Assembly (NCBI GenBank): GCA_965240325.2
Contig: OZ251231.1
Coordinates: 1,302,001 to 1,366,000, forward strand
Reading direction: 5' to 3'
DNA from: Rebecca billardiae RCC1528
Lineage: Eukaryota > Protista > Haptophyta
DNA: 64,000 nt
Part shown: positions 1-12,058 of the stretch, piece by piece
Layout: every line of letters begins with the position of its first letter
How positions within the stretch are numbered: the first letter of the stretch is position 1
The notes under the pieces: generated by a model
Seen by the model: the letters and a program-made list of their open reading frames with translations, nothing else
Databases searched by the model: none
What the model was told of the DNA's origin: nothing
Program-made: the position numbers and the translations under genes

Positions 1-610
1 GCGGCGATCGCGGCAGCCCGTCGGGCGGCGGCGGCGGCGCGCCGCCGCCCTCCGCTCCGCCCTCCGACGCCGCCCTCCGACGCCGCCGCCTCCGATCCGC
101 CCCGCCGCCGCCGGGCGACTGCGCTCGGATGACGAACCGGCTGGGCGGCAGCGACCAGCCGCGTGGGCGGCGTGACGCGACGCGCTCTCCGCCGCTGACG
201 GAGGAGTTGACGGAGGTCGTGCGCGCGAGGTCGGCGGCGGTGTGCGCGGCGGCGCTGGGCGAGTGCGCCAGCCTCTCGGGCAGCACATGCCCCGCCGCGC
301 GCCCGCCGCCGCCCAGGCTCCCGCGCTCGGCCTCGCGCCGCACCGCCGCGCGGTCCGAGTGCAGACGCCTGTCGACCGGATAGGTCAGATTTGCGACGCA
401 GCCTGCGGAGAGGGTGGCGCATGCGGCGGGCTCGGCGGGGTCGAGCGCGCAGTGCGCGATCACCTCGAGCAGCAGCTGCGCCACCCCGTACGCGCGCAGC
501 ATCGGCGCGTCCGGTCGCATCACCCGTGCAGTCCGGTCGCCAGCAAGCCGCGGAGCCGCGGCGGCGGCGGCACGCGGGCGGCCGCCGCCGGCGAGGGTGA
601 GGACGGACAT
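1..610 (-). CDS. Possible 5' part of a hypothetical protein running off the window edge
   Basis: Open minus-strand frame from ATG 610 (MSVLTLAGGG...LRAYGVAQLLLEVIAHCALDP...) toward position 1 with host-like GC3. The frame stays open some way upstream of 610. No recognisable domain. Confidence 0.35.
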   Translation of the reverse strand, partial: MSVLTLAGGGRPRAAAAAAPRLAGDRTARVMRPDAPMLRAYGVAQLLLEVIAHCALDPAEPAACATLSAGCVANLTYPVDRRLHSDRAAVRREAERGSLGGGGRAAGHVLPERLAHSPSAAAHTAADLARTTSVNSSVSGGERVASRRPRGWSLPPSRFVIRAQSPGGGGADRRRRRRRAASEGGAEGGGAPPPPPDGLPRSP

Positions 611-1705
611 GCCATTCGGCGCACCTCCCTCGACTGCGCCGCCACCATCGCCCTCGCTCCCTTCAGCCGCCTCCCCCGACGCCTCCGCCTCCGCCTCCGC
701 CGCACCGACGCCGCCGCACCCGCACTCCACGCAGACTCACGTGCCGGTGGCACTTTGCCGTTGGATCGTCGTCACCGAGCCGTCACGCGCAACTTTTCGC
801 GCCGATCATCAATATTGATCAGAGTCTGTCCAGGACAGCGTACACCCATTTGAATCAGAGAGCTCTTATTGATCGCAGATAGAGCACAAACGCGTCGATT
901 CATACCCGCATTGGCTTTGAATCAGTTGGCAATACGGGGTGAGGAATCTTGAATCACAACCGCGATTATTGACCTTTCCGCTCAGGCTGTCCAGGACACA
1001 CTCACCACACTATTCTAGCGCAGTTCTCTTAAGAGAAGAGGGATGCGTCTAATCTAAAACGCTGTTTTTCAGAAGCGCGTGAATCAAAGCTGACGACCCA
1101 ACCTATCGTTTCTATGGTTGGCGAGCTGTTTCAGGCTCTTACAATTCAGGCATCTTACTATGACGGAATGTTCTAACACACGGCTGGTGTTATGTGCTAT
1201 TCCACCCTGCATTCCCCTAAGTGTTACTATCGTTAAAATTAAGGGGCAGTACAAACGCAATCATTGCGGCAGCGATATCCACTCATACGCGGTGGCCACC
1301 TACCGAAAAATCCCCAAAATCCTGCGCGCATCCTCTTTTTGATTTTGCGGAGCACGTGCGCCGCCCCCCCCCCGGCTTTCGCTCACGCTCAGACCTTTCG
1401 GGGGGGGGGCCGTGCGCCATAATAAATAACTTATATTAGCTATGTATTTAAGCTGCTAGAATTTAATAGCCGTCGCGACGACTGACCGCCACGACTGTCA
1501 CATGACCTCACAAACTGCCCCTCATCAGTGCCTGAGGGACCCAACCACTGAGGCCAGCTGTCGCGCTTGCGCCACGGCGGCCACGGCGGCCTGCTCAGCC
1601 GCTCAGCTCAGCCGTCAATCACTCATCAGATAATCGTCACGGCGCGCGCACGGCTGCGCCAAGTCAGGCCCGCACGCGTGAGCAGCGTGGGCTCGCGGGT
1701 GACGC

Positions 1706-3190
1706 TTACCCCGCCGCCGCCTTCGGCGCGCCCTTCGCCCCGAGCAGCCGGCGCGCCGTCTCCTCGTGCAGCGCGTCGAGCGTCCCGAGGCACGCGTCGC
1801 GCAGCGCGCCGAGCTCTGCCGCGCCGAGCTCGGCGAGCGGCTCTGAGGCGAGGACGTCGCGCAGCAGCCGCGGCAGCTCGGACGCGGGCGGCAGAACGTC
1901 GCGCGGGCCCAGCCGGCCGGCGTACCGCCTGCTCCACGCCGCGAGCGCGTGCGACGGCAGCTCGTCCACGATGAGCCCGAGCTCGCGCTCAAAGTGGGCG
2001 TGCAGCTCAGCGGCGAGCTGCGCAACCCAGAAGGAGGGGCCGGCGGCGCGCGCGCGCGCGCGGCCCGCGGGCTGGGCGGGCGCGTGGTAGTCGATGGCGT
2101 TCTGCAGCATGTCGCGCACGTCGCGACGGAACTCGAGCAGCGACGTGTACGCCACGCCGCCCGCGCCGCGCGCCTTGCTCCGGATCTTGGGGATGTCGAG
2201 CAGCCGCTGCGACGTGATGCGCTGCTCGTACCCTGGCATCGGCGCCGACGAGATCGCAATCTCGATCGGCACCTCGAAGAGCGAGGCGGCGCCGTGCGGG
2301 CAGCGGCGCAGCGCGTCGAGGGCGGCGAGGCAGACGTCGGACAGCAGGATCCCCTGCACGTCGCGCATCGACTCGTCCAGCTCGAGCTGAAGCGCCGCCG
2401 CCGCACTCTCGCCAGTCGTCGGCGCGCAGATGACGGCCGGGCGGCGCGTGCGGCCGTGCTCGAGCGTGCCGACGCCGCCGCGCGAGACGTTGAGCTCTGC
2501 CATCACGAGCCGCGTCCACGGCGCGGCCGCGGCGGCGCGCGACGCCGCGTGCTCCGCGCCGCCCTCCACCGGCATCGCGTCGCCCAGCGCCGCGCGGCTC
2601 GGCCTGCGCGCGAGGCGGCGAAGCTCCGCGACCGCAGTGTCCGGCAGCGCGCCCTCACCCGGCAGAAGCCGCCGGCGCGTGCGGCGGAGGAAGAAGTCGC
2701 AGACGGGCGCGTCGGCGTACGCGAGCGCGGCGCGTGCCGCGCGCGCGCCCGACGAGTGCGCGCCCGCCGACTTGCGCTTGCCCTCGGCGGCCGCCGCGCC
2801 GCTGCCGTGCACGCCACTGTCGAGCGTGCGCACGAGCTTGCCGAGCGTGAGCACGAGCTGCTGGAGCAGCTGGCCGGGCTCGCAGCCGGCGATCGAGCTG
2901 CTGGAGCGCGTCGTCGCCAGCACGCCCTGCACCCAGATCGGCCGCTCGTGCTTCCACCACTTGGGCAGCGTGCGCCGCTTGATCGACTTCTCGAGCTGGA
3001 GCGCGCAGTGCGCGAGCGCCGCGGGCGAGTCTGCCTCCTTGAGGCTCGCCCTGTACCGGTACTGGCCCTCGCGGAGCCACGATGTCGCAGTCGCATCGTG
3101 AGGCAGCTCGTCCACCAGGGCGAAGAGCTGCTCGCGCAGCTCCTCGAGCAGGCGCGCCTCGTCGACGTTCACCTCGTCGTCGGCACCCAT
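1706..3190 (-). CDS. Bromodomain-containing chromatin protein
   Basis: Likely start MGADDEV at 3190. The segment CLAALDALRR...SLFEVPI...PGYEQRI...LDIPKIRSK...YTSLLEFRRDVRDMLQNAIDYH follows the bromodomain consensus. Trp-rich helical N-terminal region. Confidence 0.7.
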   Translation of the reverse strand: MGADDEVNVDEARLLEELREQLFALVDELPHDATATSWLREGQYRYRASLKEADSPAALAHCALQLEKSIKRRTLPKWWKHERPIWVQGVLATTRSSSSIAGCEPGQLLQQLVLTLGKLVRTLDSGVHGSGAAAAEGKRKSAGAHSSGARAARAALAYADAPVCDFFLRRTRRRLLPGEGALPDTAVAELRRLARRPSRAALGDAMPVEGGAEHAASRAAAAAPWTRLVMAELNVSRGGVGTLEHGRTRRPAVICAPTTGESAAAALQLELDESMRDVQGILLSDVCLAALDALRRCPHGAASLFEVPIEIAISSAPMPGYEQRITSQRLLDIPKIRSKARGAGGVAYTSLLEFRRDVRDMLQNAIDYHAPAQPAGRARARAAGPSFWVAQLAAELHAHFERELGLIVDELPSHALAAWSRRYAGRLGPRDVLPPASELPRLLRDVLASEPLAELGAAELGALRDACLGTLDALHEETARRLLGAKGAPKAAAG

Positions 3191-3524
3191 GGTTGCCGCG
3201 CCGACGACGGGCGGGACACGGGCTCGCCCGCGCACAGAAATCGACGAGACGACGACGGAAATCGTCGGGGTTCTTTTTCGGCAGGCGAGATTGACGCCCG
3301 CCAACGGTGTCATTGTCATACACGACACTGCACAAAGACTGTTTGCTGATGTATTTTAACCAGAAGAATAGGCGGAGATAGAAAAAAGCGCGTTTTTATC
3401 GGTTTTATTATCTTTTCGAAAACTGCCTTGGAATCCACCGAGCAGCCCCCATCGTGTTGCTGGGAGAGCGCGGGTTGGGGCCAGCTCGTCGCGGCGGAGC
3501 TCTCCGCGTCGAGAGAGCGGAGCG

Positions 3525-5273
3525 ATGTCCTCCGCGTCGCCATCGCAGCCTGGTGCGTGCGTGCGCCCTGCCGAGTAGCTCGTCGCCCTTGCGCGCCCGT
3601 GCACGCCGCGCCCGTGCGCCCGTGCGCCTGGCTCATCCCGCCTCGCTCGGCGCGCACCGTGCCGCGTGTGCATGCAGCGCTGCGAGGGGGTTTCATGCCC
3701 AAGGGCAACGATCTTCACCACGCGAGGATGACCCTCGGTGAGGCACACGCGTGGTGCATGGCGCACGACGAGTGCCGCGGCTTCACATACCACGCGTCCG
3801 AACCGGCGCCGCTGGACTCGGTCTACGTGTGGTTCAAGAGCACAGACAAGGTGGTGGCAGGTGCGGGGTGGTACTCGTACGTGAAAGGTGCGCGCCGCGC
3901 GGCGCGCATGCACGGCCGCGCCTTTCTGCCCCCACCCCTTCCGCGCGCGCGCGCGCTGCCACCGGCGCCTGCTCACCGCCGCGAGCGCGCGTGCGGCGGG
4001 CGCGCGGCGCGCGCAGCCGGGGGCGCGGGGGCGGGGACGGGGGACGGCGCGCCAGCGCTCGTGCGCGCGGGCTCGGACAAGCCGTCGGGGGCGCCGAAGC
4101 TCGGCTCGCTGTCGCTCTCGAGCATGTTCTCGAGCAGTCACGGCAGATCTCAGCAGGGCGCGCAGCAGCCGCCGCCGCCCGCGAGCGCGGCACTCGCCCT
4201 GCTCACGCGCAAGCCGTTGCACTTTGAGTGGTGGCTGCGGTATCACATGCAGCTGGGCATCTGCCACTTCTTCATACACGTGGAGGACACGCCCGAGCTG
4301 CTGCCGCTGCTCGCGAGCGAGCCGTACAGGGGGGTGGTCACGATCAGCCAGAAGGGCGACGCCTCGCACTTCAAAGACAACTACTGGACACTGCAGGATC
4401 GGCAGCGCGCGCACGTCAACACGTCGCTCGCACGCGCGCGCGAGATGGGGATCGAGTGGCTGTTCCACGTGGACGACGACGAGCTGATCTGGCTGGACAA
4501 GCCGTTCGCCGAGGTCGTCGCGGCGGCGCCGAAGGGCACGACCAACATCACCTTCAGCAACCTCGAGGCGATCCCAACCACCGTCGAGCCTGTCAACTAC
4601 TTCGAGCACATCCACAGCTTCACGAAGAAGCGGATGCTGGCGTACGTGAACGGCAAGCCGGTCGGCCGCACGGTGCCGGAGACCAAGCTGGACGGGCCGC
4701 ACCGCTTCTGTGCGTGCCGGCGTGCGGCGCGGCGCGGCGCTGCGCGGCGCGGCGCCGCGCGCGCGCGCGCTCACGCCGCGACGCGCTGCTCGTTGCCCGC
4801 CGCCCATGGCCTGCCTTCCTCCGCGCGCGCGCGCGCGCGCAGGCGGGCCGTCGTACGCGGTGCCGGCGACCGACGGCGCGATCCTGCACTACGAGAGCTG
4901 CGACTTCAACCAGTGGTGCGCCAAATTCCGCAACCAGGTCGACTGCACGCCCGAGCGGAAGCAGTCGATCCCATTCCCGTACTATCGCGACTCGATCAGT
5001 TTGTTCCAGGAGTACAACGACCCTCAGAAGCACATGCAGCAGTGGCTTGACTTCTACAGGCGGCGGAAGATCGAGCACTACAACACGGCCGAGATCCGGG
5101 CGGCGGCGCGGCACATCACCAAGATGGAGCGGCCGCGGATGATTGACGCGCCCGCGGGCGCGGACGCGGCGCGCAGACAGCACGACGGCGGCGGCGCGCC
5201 GACTGAGGCGAGGGGTGTGGGCGCGCACCACGCGGCGGCGCTAGCGGGCCAAAGCGCGCAGGGGAATCCATGA
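3525..5273 (+). CDS. GT92 / Glyco_tranf_2_4-like GT-A glycosyltransferase with N-terminal PAN/apple-like module (4 exons)
   Basis: Exons 3525-3552, 3678-3887, 4017-4709 and 4843-5273 join in frame across GT-AG introns. Motifs WWLRYHMQLGICHFFIH, EWLFHVDDDEL (DxD) and ILHY. The segment AWCMAHDECRGFTY...WFKS...GWYSYVK resembles a PAN/apple module. Confidence 0.75.
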
Positions 5274-5743
5274 GCGGTCGCATCGGGCTGGCCGCGGTCC
5301 GTGAGGCGTGAGGCTTGACGCGGGCATCGTCAGCGGGGCGCCGTCGCGCCGACGGGGCCGGGCGGCGCATGGCGCTGCCGCGCTGCCGCCCGCTGCCTGA
5401 ACGGACTGCGGGCACTGCGGCGACCCGCGGCCTCGGCGGGCCGTTCCGATGGCAGGAGCCTTCAAACGGTCTGTCTTAGACTAGCTTAGTCAGGAAGCCA
5501 TGCCCGGAGTAGTACTAAGTACTACGGTTCAGGCTGACACATTGAGTGCCGCACTACCAGGATACAGTCCATAGTAGTATATATGCCGATATGGGGGTAA
5601 ATCGTGTAATAAGGGGCATCCGTCATCCGAGGCAGAGCGCAAAATCCGGCGTCGGACCAAGCTGGAAGTCCGGGGCGAAAGATCGCCCAGTAGCCCGCCG
5701 CTCCGCACGCCGGGGGCCGCCGCGGGCGCGCGCGTCCAGCAGC

Positions 5744-7941
5744 ATGTCAGGCCCTGGGGCGCCAGATCCCGAGTCGACGTTCAAGATCATGGTCGCCAGC
5801 GACATCCACCTCGGCTACATGGAGAAGGACCCCGTCCGCGGCAACGACTCGTTCCTCGCCTTCGAGGAGGTGCTCCGCCTCGCCAAGGAGAAGGACGTGC
5901 GCGCGGCACCGTGCGTTGGCCGAGCGCGCGGCGTGGCCCGGAGTGCGTGTGCGCGCGCGTGCGCGGCTGCGGGCGCGTGAAGGGCGTGCACCCGCGCACA
6001 CTGCCATCCACGCCTCGCCTGCGCGCCAGGCTGACTTCATCCTGCTCGGCGGCGACCTCTTCCACGACAACAAGCCGTCGCGCAAGACTCTGCAGCGGTG
6101 CATGGAGCTGCTGCGCGACCACTGCCTCGGGCCGAAGGAGGTGCTGTTCACGATCACCTCGGACCAGCAGAGCAACTTCCACGACAAGTCCGCGCCGCTT
6201 GCGACCCGCGGCTCGCGCGCGCCACACCGCGCCCAGCGTGCGCGCACGCGCGCGCGCGCATCTCGGCGCGCCGGCTGAGCGCGCATGCGCTGCGCACGGC
6301 GCGGCGCGCAGGCACGGCGTGGCCAACTACGAGGACCCGAACTACAACGTGGAGATGCCGGTCTTCTCGATCCACGGGAACCACGACGACCCCGCCGGGG
6401 TGTGTGCGCGCGCGCGCGCGCGCCCGCCCGCGTGGCCGATGCCAGGCGTCCGCGCGCGCGATTCGCGGCTGACAAGGCCTCACGCTCGGCTGCCCGCCGC
6501 TCGGCCGCGCGGACGCGCGGACGCGCGGACGCGCGCGCGCAGGACGGCGGGCTGGCGGCGCTGGACGTGCTGAGCACGGCGAACCTGCTCAACTACTTTG
6601 GGCGCGCGCAGGCGGTGAGCGACATCCAGCTCGCGCCCATCCTGATGGAGAAGGGATCGACGAAGCTGGCGATCTACGGGCTCGGCCACATCCGCGACGA
6701 GCGGCTGCACCGCGTGTTCGCCGAGCACAAGGTGAGCTTCCTCCGCCCCGCGGAGGACCGGGACGAGTGGTTCAACATCTGCTGCGTGCACCAGAACCGG
6801 CCTGTGCGCGGCGCGACGGCGGGGCCGGCGAAGGGCTACCTCAAGGAGTCCTTCCTCCCGTCGTTCCTCGACCTCGTACTCTGGGGCCATGAGCACGCGT
6901 GCATGCTGCAGGGCGGGATGGCCGCGCTCGCGCAGTCGGCCGCGGGCTCGTTCACCGTGCTGCAGCCCGGCTCGACGATCGCCACGTCGCTCTCCGCGCC
7001 CGAGGCGACGCCCAAGCACGTGGCGATGCTCCACGTCTGCGGCGAGTCGTGGATGATGGAGCCGATCCGGCTGACAGCCGTGCGTCCGTTTCAGTATGCG
7101 GAGCTCAGCCTGCGCTCGCTGCCGCGCGTGCCTCGCACGGAGGAGGAGCTGCTGGCGACGCTGTGCCAGAAGGTGGAGGAGCTGATCGCGAAGGCGGCGG
7201 AGGAGGCGCCGGAGAACCCGCTGCAGGAGGGCTCCGAGAAGCTGCGCTGCCCGCTCATCCGCCTCCGCGTCGAGTACACCGACTCGCTCACGTGCAACCC
7301 GCAGCGGTTCGGCGCCAAGTTCGTCGGCCGCGTCGCCAACCCGACCGAGCTGCTGCTGTTCCACCGGCGTGCGCCGAAGCGGGCCAAGGGCGCGGTGGCG
7401 GAGGGCGAGGAGGAGGAGGACGAGCTGGAGGAGGGCGCGCTGCCCGGGTACGGCCAGCACGCCCTGCGGCAGGAGACCTCCGCCATCGAGGACCTCGTCG
7501 GCGAGCTGCTGCGCGAGTCCGGAGATTCTCTGCGTGTTCTCAAGATCAACGAGCTCAACGAGGCGGTGCACGAGTACGTGCACAAGGAGACCACCTCCGC
7601 CATCCGCGCGTTCGTCGAGGGCGCGATGGAGAAGACGAACGTCGCGCTCAACTCGAGCGAGCAGCTCGTCGAGGACCTCAAGGGGAAGGAGGCCAAGGAG
7701 CGCTCGCGCGTCGTCGGCGAGATGCTGCGCGGACGCGGCGGCGCGGCGGGCTCGGCCGCGAGGCGCGGCGCGGCCGACGCCGACGCCGACGACGGCGCGG
7801 ACCCAATCGAGGACGAGGAGGAGGAGCGCGCTGGCGGCGCGAAGGGCGGCGGGGCGCGCGCGAAGGGCAAGGCGCCGGCGAGCAGCCGTGCCAAGGCCGC
7901 CGCACCGCCCGCCAAGCGCGCGCGCAACGCGAGCGCCATGC

Positions 7942-8011
<70 letters not shown>

Positions 8012-8689
8012 TGGCGGCGGCGGCCGCGGCGGCGGCGCGCGCTCGGCGGCACGGCCTGCCGCCGCCGCCGCGGCCGGGCGCGGGCGTGGGCGCGGGCGCG
8101 GCGCGGCGCGCGGGCGCGGGGCAGGCCGCGCGGCGCCCGCGTCCGCCGCGACCGGCCGCGGCGCCGGCCGCGGCGCCGCGGCGGCAGGCGGCAAGCAGCT
8201 GCCTCTCGCCTTTCCGCCCGCGCGATCGAACGCGCGCTCGCAGCGCACGGCGGGCACCGGCGCCAACACGGTCGACTTGCTCGACGCGGACGAGGACGAG
8301 GACGAGGCGGACGACGCGATGGTCGGGCGCGCCGCCAGCCGCGGCCAGTCCCAGCGCAAGCGACCAGCCGCGCCGGCGGCTGGGGCGCGCTCCAAATCGC
8401 GCGCTGTCGGATCAAGGGCAACGGTGCGCGCGCGCGCGACGCGCGCCCTCCTGTCGTCAGCGCCTCAGCGCCACCGCTCGCGAGTCACGATCCCGTGTCC
8501 CCTTCGCGGATCGCGGACGGCCCTGCGCGTCTTGCTGCGTGCGCGCAGGGAAGGACGGCGCACCTCGACGACGAGTTCGACGACGGCGGCGACATCTTTG
8601 GCGACGACGACGACGACGACGACGCTGCCGATGCGCAGCCGGCAAACACGCACGCGAACACGGCGCAGTGGGGCCAACGGCGGCGTTGA
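5744..8689 (+). CDS. MRE11: Double-strand break repair nuclease MRE11 (5 exons)
   Basis: Motifs [53 protein letters not shown] and PLIRLRVEY...NPQRFG. Introns 5897-6029, 6188-6311, 6400-6542 and about 8423-8548. Acidic and RG-rich (GAR-like) tail. Confidence 0.96.
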
Positions 8690-9519
8690 CGCGAGTGCCG
8701 AGCCCGAGGCCGAGTGGCGAGCCCAATCGGCCAAGTTTCGTGCTGCGAGACGTACTCGCGTAGCGTCCCGCTCTGACGTGCGCGCTGATGTCCAGCAGAT
8801 GATGATGACGAGGCACCTTCGGCAACGGTGACGTCGTATAACGATTAACGTTATAGCAGCATCGTCCGTAATATTTAACACAGCCCATTATTGAATACCC
8901 CGGCGGCGGACTGCGCCGGCGCCGGCGCCTGCGGACCCTGCGCGTCTGTCACGTGGCGGCTGGCATCGCCGCATCGCGTGCGACTCACTGATGCGAGTGA
9001 TGTCGTCATCGTCATCAGTGTCACCGGGCCACTCCGGAGCCGCCAGCCGGACGTCTCCGGGACCGGAGGTCGAATGCTGGTGCCAAAGAGGCGCACGCAG
9101 CCTCAGCCGAGTCCGCCGCCGCCGCCCAATCGCGTGATGGCTGCCAGCCTGAGGCTGGAGCCTCTCGCGATCGGATGCCGCCAGGCGATGCGAGCACGAA
9201 CTCCCGCCGGGCGCAGCCGCAGCCGCCAGCAGTCGGTGCCGGCGGCCGATCCATGACGAGGGTGCGTCATCATTGATCATCACCGAAGCGAGAGGCTGGC
9301 AGGTGTTGGTGGCCGCCGCACACGTCGTCGTACCAGCAGCACCGCCCGTCGATGGCGTCGTGATGTACGCATCGTTGTACCGTGGTCTGGTACAGTAGTC
9401 GTACAGCAACCACGGCAAGGCCGTGACTTCGCCGGAGTTGGCAGCAGCAGCGCGATCGGTCGCGGCCGCACCGGGCGGCAGCACGCGGGCGCCGGCTGTG
9501 CGCGCGCGCGCGCCGCGCC

Positions 9520-11679
9520 TCACATCCCTTGGTACGCCGGCCCGCCGCCGCCCTCGGGCACGACCCAGTCGATGTTCTGCGACGGGCACTTGATGTCGCA
9601 CGTCTTGCAGTGGATGCAGTTCTGCGCGTTGATCTGCAGCCTGCGCCCGGCCGCGCCCTCGCCCTCGACGTACTCGTACACGCCCGCGGGGCAGAAGCGC
9701 TGCTCGGGCCCATCGTACAGCGCGAGGTTGCGGCTCACCGGGATGGAGTCGTCGCGCAGCGTGAGGTGCGGCGGCTCGTTGTGGTCGTGGTTCGTGTTCG
9801 TCAGCGCCACCGACGAGAGCACGTCGAACGTCAGCTTGCCGTCCGGCTTGGGGTAATCAATGGGTGTGCACTCTGCCGCCAGCTTGAGCGAGTCGGCGTC
9901 CTTGCCGCCGTGCTTCCACGTGAAGGGCTCGCGGCCGTTGAGGAGGTAGTGCACGGCGCCCGCGTACGCCATCAGGCCGAACACGCCGAGCGGCGACTCG
10001 AACGACGGCTTCACGTTGCGCACCGCGCGCAGCTCGTCCCACACCCACGACGCCTCCATCTCCGGCTGATAGGCGGCCATGCTGATCAGCGCGTCCTCGG
10101 CCGCGTCCGCCGGCAGCGCCTGCAGCGAGGCGAACGCGCTCTCGGCGGCGACCATCCCCGACTTCATCGCGGTGTGCGTGCCCTTGATCTTGGGCACGTT
10201 GAGGAACCCCGCGGCGCAGCCGATCAGCGCACCCCCAGGGAAGACGAGCTTCGGAATGCTCTGGTAGCCTCCCTCGTTGAGCGCGCGCGCGCCTGCGCGG
10301 CGCGCGCGCGGCGCGGCGCGCGAGTCGAGCGGTCGGCCGGCGCACGGTGAGCACGCGGCGGCGGCTGCGGCGGCGCGCGGGCGCGCGGCTCGCCGCGCGC
10401 GCACCGTACGCCAGCCGCTCGCCGCCCTCGAACACGGGCCGCACGCTCGGGTGCGTCTTCCACTTCTGGAACTCGTGGAAAGGCGAGAGGTACGTGTTGG
10501 TGTAATCGAGGCCGAGCACGTACCCACATACAACGATGGAGTCGCCCGGCTCGTCGAGGTGGTACAGGAAGGAGCCGCCCCACGTGTGCATGTCCACGGG
10601 CCACCCCGTCGTGTGCTCCACGCGGCCGGGCCGGTGCTTCTCCGGCGCGATGCGCCAGACCTCCTGCCGAGCGCGCGGCGCGGGGCGGTCGAGAGCACGC
10701 GAGTGGATCGAGTGGTGAGCGCGCGCGCCGCCCGTCGTCCGACGCGGCAGCGCGCGCGCGCGAGAGGGTGCCCACCTTGAGGCCGAGGCCGTAGATCTGG
10801 TCGCACTTGCCCTCGCGCAGCTGGTACTTGTCCACCGCCTCCTTCGTCAGCGAGCCGTGGCAGCCCTCGGCGAGCAGCGTGGTGCGCGCGCGCAGCTCCA
10901 TGCCGCGTTCAAACGAAGGCTTGGGCGAGCCGTCCTTCGCCACGCCGACGTCGTTGGTCGCGGCGCCGACCACGTTGCCCGCGTCGTCGAAGAGGAGCTC
11001 GACCGCGCCATACCCCGTGTACACCTCCACGCCGAGCGCCTCCGCCTGAGCGCGCGCGCGCCGGCGCGCGCGCGCGCGGGCGGCGTGTGAGCTCGGGCGC
11101 GGCCGGGCCGGGCGCGCGCGCGGCGCCGAGGCGTGCGCGCGCCTGCTCGGCGAGCCACGCGACCACGTTGCCCAGTCGCACGATGTAGTTGCCGTGGTTG
11201 TCCATCGGCGTGCGCGGGAGCACGGGCACCGGGATGCGCATGCTCGACGTGAGGAACGACATGCTGTCCTCGGTGACGGCGGTGCTGACGGGCGCGCCCA
11301 TCTCCTTCCAGTTCGGGAAGAGCTCGTCGAGCGCGCGCGGCTCGAGGACGGCCCCCGAGAGGGTGTGCGCGCCGGGTGTGCCGGCCTTCTCGATCACCGT
11401 CACGCGGTAGTCCACGCCCGCCTCCGCGCACAGCTGCTTGAGCTTGATCGCCGCGCTCAGGCCCGCGGGCCCGCCGCCGACGATCAGCACGTCCGTCTGG
11501 TCGGCCGCGCGCTCCATGTCGATGCCCTCCCACCGCGGGTCGGTCGAGCGGTCGCACTTCTTGTAGTGCGTCGTCAGCTTCGCCTGCGCCGCCGCGCTGG
11601 CGAGCGCGCGCGCGCGCACGCGCCGCGGCAGCCAGGCCGCTCGCCGGACGGACCGGCCGAGGGCCGCGGACATCGTCAT
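9520..11679 (-). CDS. ETFDH: Mitochondrial electron transfer flavoprotein-ubiquinone oxidoreductase (multi-exon)
   Basis: Transit-like N-terminus, [15 protein letters not shown] (FAD binding), [31 protein letters not shown], and the 4Fe-4S C-terminus RFCPAGVYE...[33 protein letters not shown]. The first intron (11046-11142) is GC-AG. Confidence 0.97.
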
Positions 11680-12058
11680 CGCGGCGGCGCTCCGTCAAGA
11701 GCATCGGCACGATGGCTGAGTCTGCCCGGATCGTACCGGAAGCACACGGCCCACCAACTACACTGAGGGAGATAGCCGTAACGTTTACGGCTATCTCCCT
11801 TGGGCCCACGCGTCGGTTCGAACTTGTGACCGTCGTTTCCCGGAGGTTCCAGTATTGAGACGACGTAACGGCTGGCGGGCAAATACGAAGCTTCGAATTG
11901 GTTGTCTCCACATAGTATTTTTAACGGTGATGGGGGTACTGTATCAATCTCGCCTGCCTGAGCTGTGTGCGTCTCTTATTCTTAGTAAACTGTACTAGTA
12001 ATCACTCGAGCCTTGAAAAGGCCGCCCCGTCGAGCAGCCAACAGGAACGAAGCCCCGG

